This document shows, in pieces, positions 62,846 to 64,000 of a stretch of 64,000 bases of DNA. A program made the translations under genes and the position numbers. The notes below the pieces were generated by a model, which made no database searches, was not told the origin of the DNA, and worked only from the letters and a program-made list of their open reading frames with translations. Each line of letters opens with the position of its first letter. The first letter of the stretch is position 1. The stretch is from assembly GCA_030390025.1 (NCBI GenBank), contig CM059433.1, positions 13,518,001-13,582,000 on the forward strand, read 5' to 3'. This DNA is from Squalus acanthias. Taxonomy: Eukaryota.

Positions 62846-63860
62846 TGATGTGGAGATGCCGGCGTTGGACTGGGGTGGACAAAAATGAGAAGTCGCACAA
62901 CACCAGGTTATAGTCCAACAGATTTATTTAATTTTACAAGCTTTCGGAGCTATCGCTCCTTCGTCAGGTAAGTTAGCAATGAGAGAATCTCCCAGAATTC
63001 ACAATTTAAACCCAGACAAAATCTATTCACATTATTCGCTACAACAAAGAGCACAGCCAAGACAATGAGATGTGTCCCAGGGGGTCCAGCGTGTCAAACC
63101 ACCTGCTGGCTGCATATCCTGTCAATTTGTGTTCTTGTGTTTTAAAAAAAAAAAAAAAAAACACCTGGGAAGACCGGCCATGATGTCAAGTCACGTTCTG
63201 TATCGTGACATGAACCCGATATCGCGATTGAGGCCATCCTCATGAGTGCGGAACTTGGCTATCAGTTTCTGCTCTATGATTTTGCGCTGTCGTGTATCTC
63301 GAAGGCCGCCTTGGAGAACGCTTACCCGCAGATCCGAGGCTGAATGCCCCTGGCTGCTGAAGTGTTCCCCGACTGGGAGGCAACCCTCCTGCCTGGCGAT
63401 TGTTGCGTGGTGTCCGTTCATACGTTGTCTCAGTGTCTGCATGGTCTCGCCGATGTACCATGCTCTGGAGCATCCTTTACTGCAACGTATCAGGTAGACA
63501 ACGTTGGCCGAGTCACATGAGTATGTACCGTGTACCTGGTGGGTAGTGTCCTCACGTGTAATGATGGTATCTGTGTCCATGATTTGGCATGTCTTGCAGA
63601 GGTTGCCGTGGCAGGGTTGTGTGGTGTCTTGGTTGCTGTTCTCCTGAAAGATGGGTAATCTGCTGCGAACGATGGTACTTTTGAGGTTAGGCGGCTGCTT
63701 GAAGGCGAGTAGTGGAGGCGTGGGGATGGCCTTAGCAAGGTGTTCGTCGTCATCGATGACATGTTGAAGGCTGCGAAGAACATGGCGTAGTTTTTCCGCT
63801 CCGGGGAAGTACTGGACGACGTAGGGTACTCTGTTGGTTGTGTCCCGTGTTCGTCTTCTG
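62846..63860 (-). mobile_element. Penelope-like element (family P2): RT thumb/linker, GIY-YIG endonuclease and 3' end
   Basis: ORF 63191-63580 with SCDSANVVYLIRCSKGC..WYIGETMQTLRQRMNGH..EQKLI..GLNRD; 3' end shared with 35745-35870. Confidence 0.92.
62934..62971 (-). ncRNA. Minimal hammerhead ribozyme motif (family P2)
   Basis: Reverse complement reads ttac-CTGACGA-a-ggagc-gata-gctcc-GAAAGCTT-gtaa. Confidence 0.75.
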
Positions 63861-64000
63861 ACGTCGTCCAGTACTTCCCCGGAGCGGAAAAACTACGCCA
63901 TGTTCTTCGCAGCCTTCAACATGTCATCGATGACGACGAACACCTTGCTAAGGCCATCCCCACGCCTCCACTACTCGCCTTCAAGCAGCCGCCTAACCTC
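63683..64000. repeat. Long inverted repeat (Penelope 5' inversion) running off the window end
   Basis: 63861-64000 is the reverse complement of 63683-63822; 38-nt spacer. Confidence 0.9.

Overview
Vertebrate genomic DNA, most likely a cartilaginous fish (shark). This is inferred from its repeats: HER1-like CR1 LINEs, L2, a SacSINE1-like Deu-SINE, LF-SINE remnants, Penelope elements and many PIF/Harbinger elements. No intact host protein-coding gene could be identified, so the window looks intronic or intergenic. Most of it is transposable elements, often nested: CR1, L2, RTE and a second CR1/L2-group LINE; Penelope retroelements; solo LTRs (three 229-bp copies of one family plus several longer ones); a near-full-length Harbinger with convergent transposase and partner genes; many Harbinger MITEs; and single pogo-like and hAT-like MITEs. 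The long ORFs that could be identified are TE-derived and broken. The strongest signal is a set of minimal hammerhead-ribozyme motifs at the 3' ends of two Penelope families, with a compensatory stem change between copies. Several of these insertions are long fold-back hairpins flanked by 12-17 bp target duplications. Weak splice signals suggest a possible unannotated minus-strand transcript. Family names were assigned by eye, without database searches. Boundaries without target-site duplications (TSDs) are approximate.
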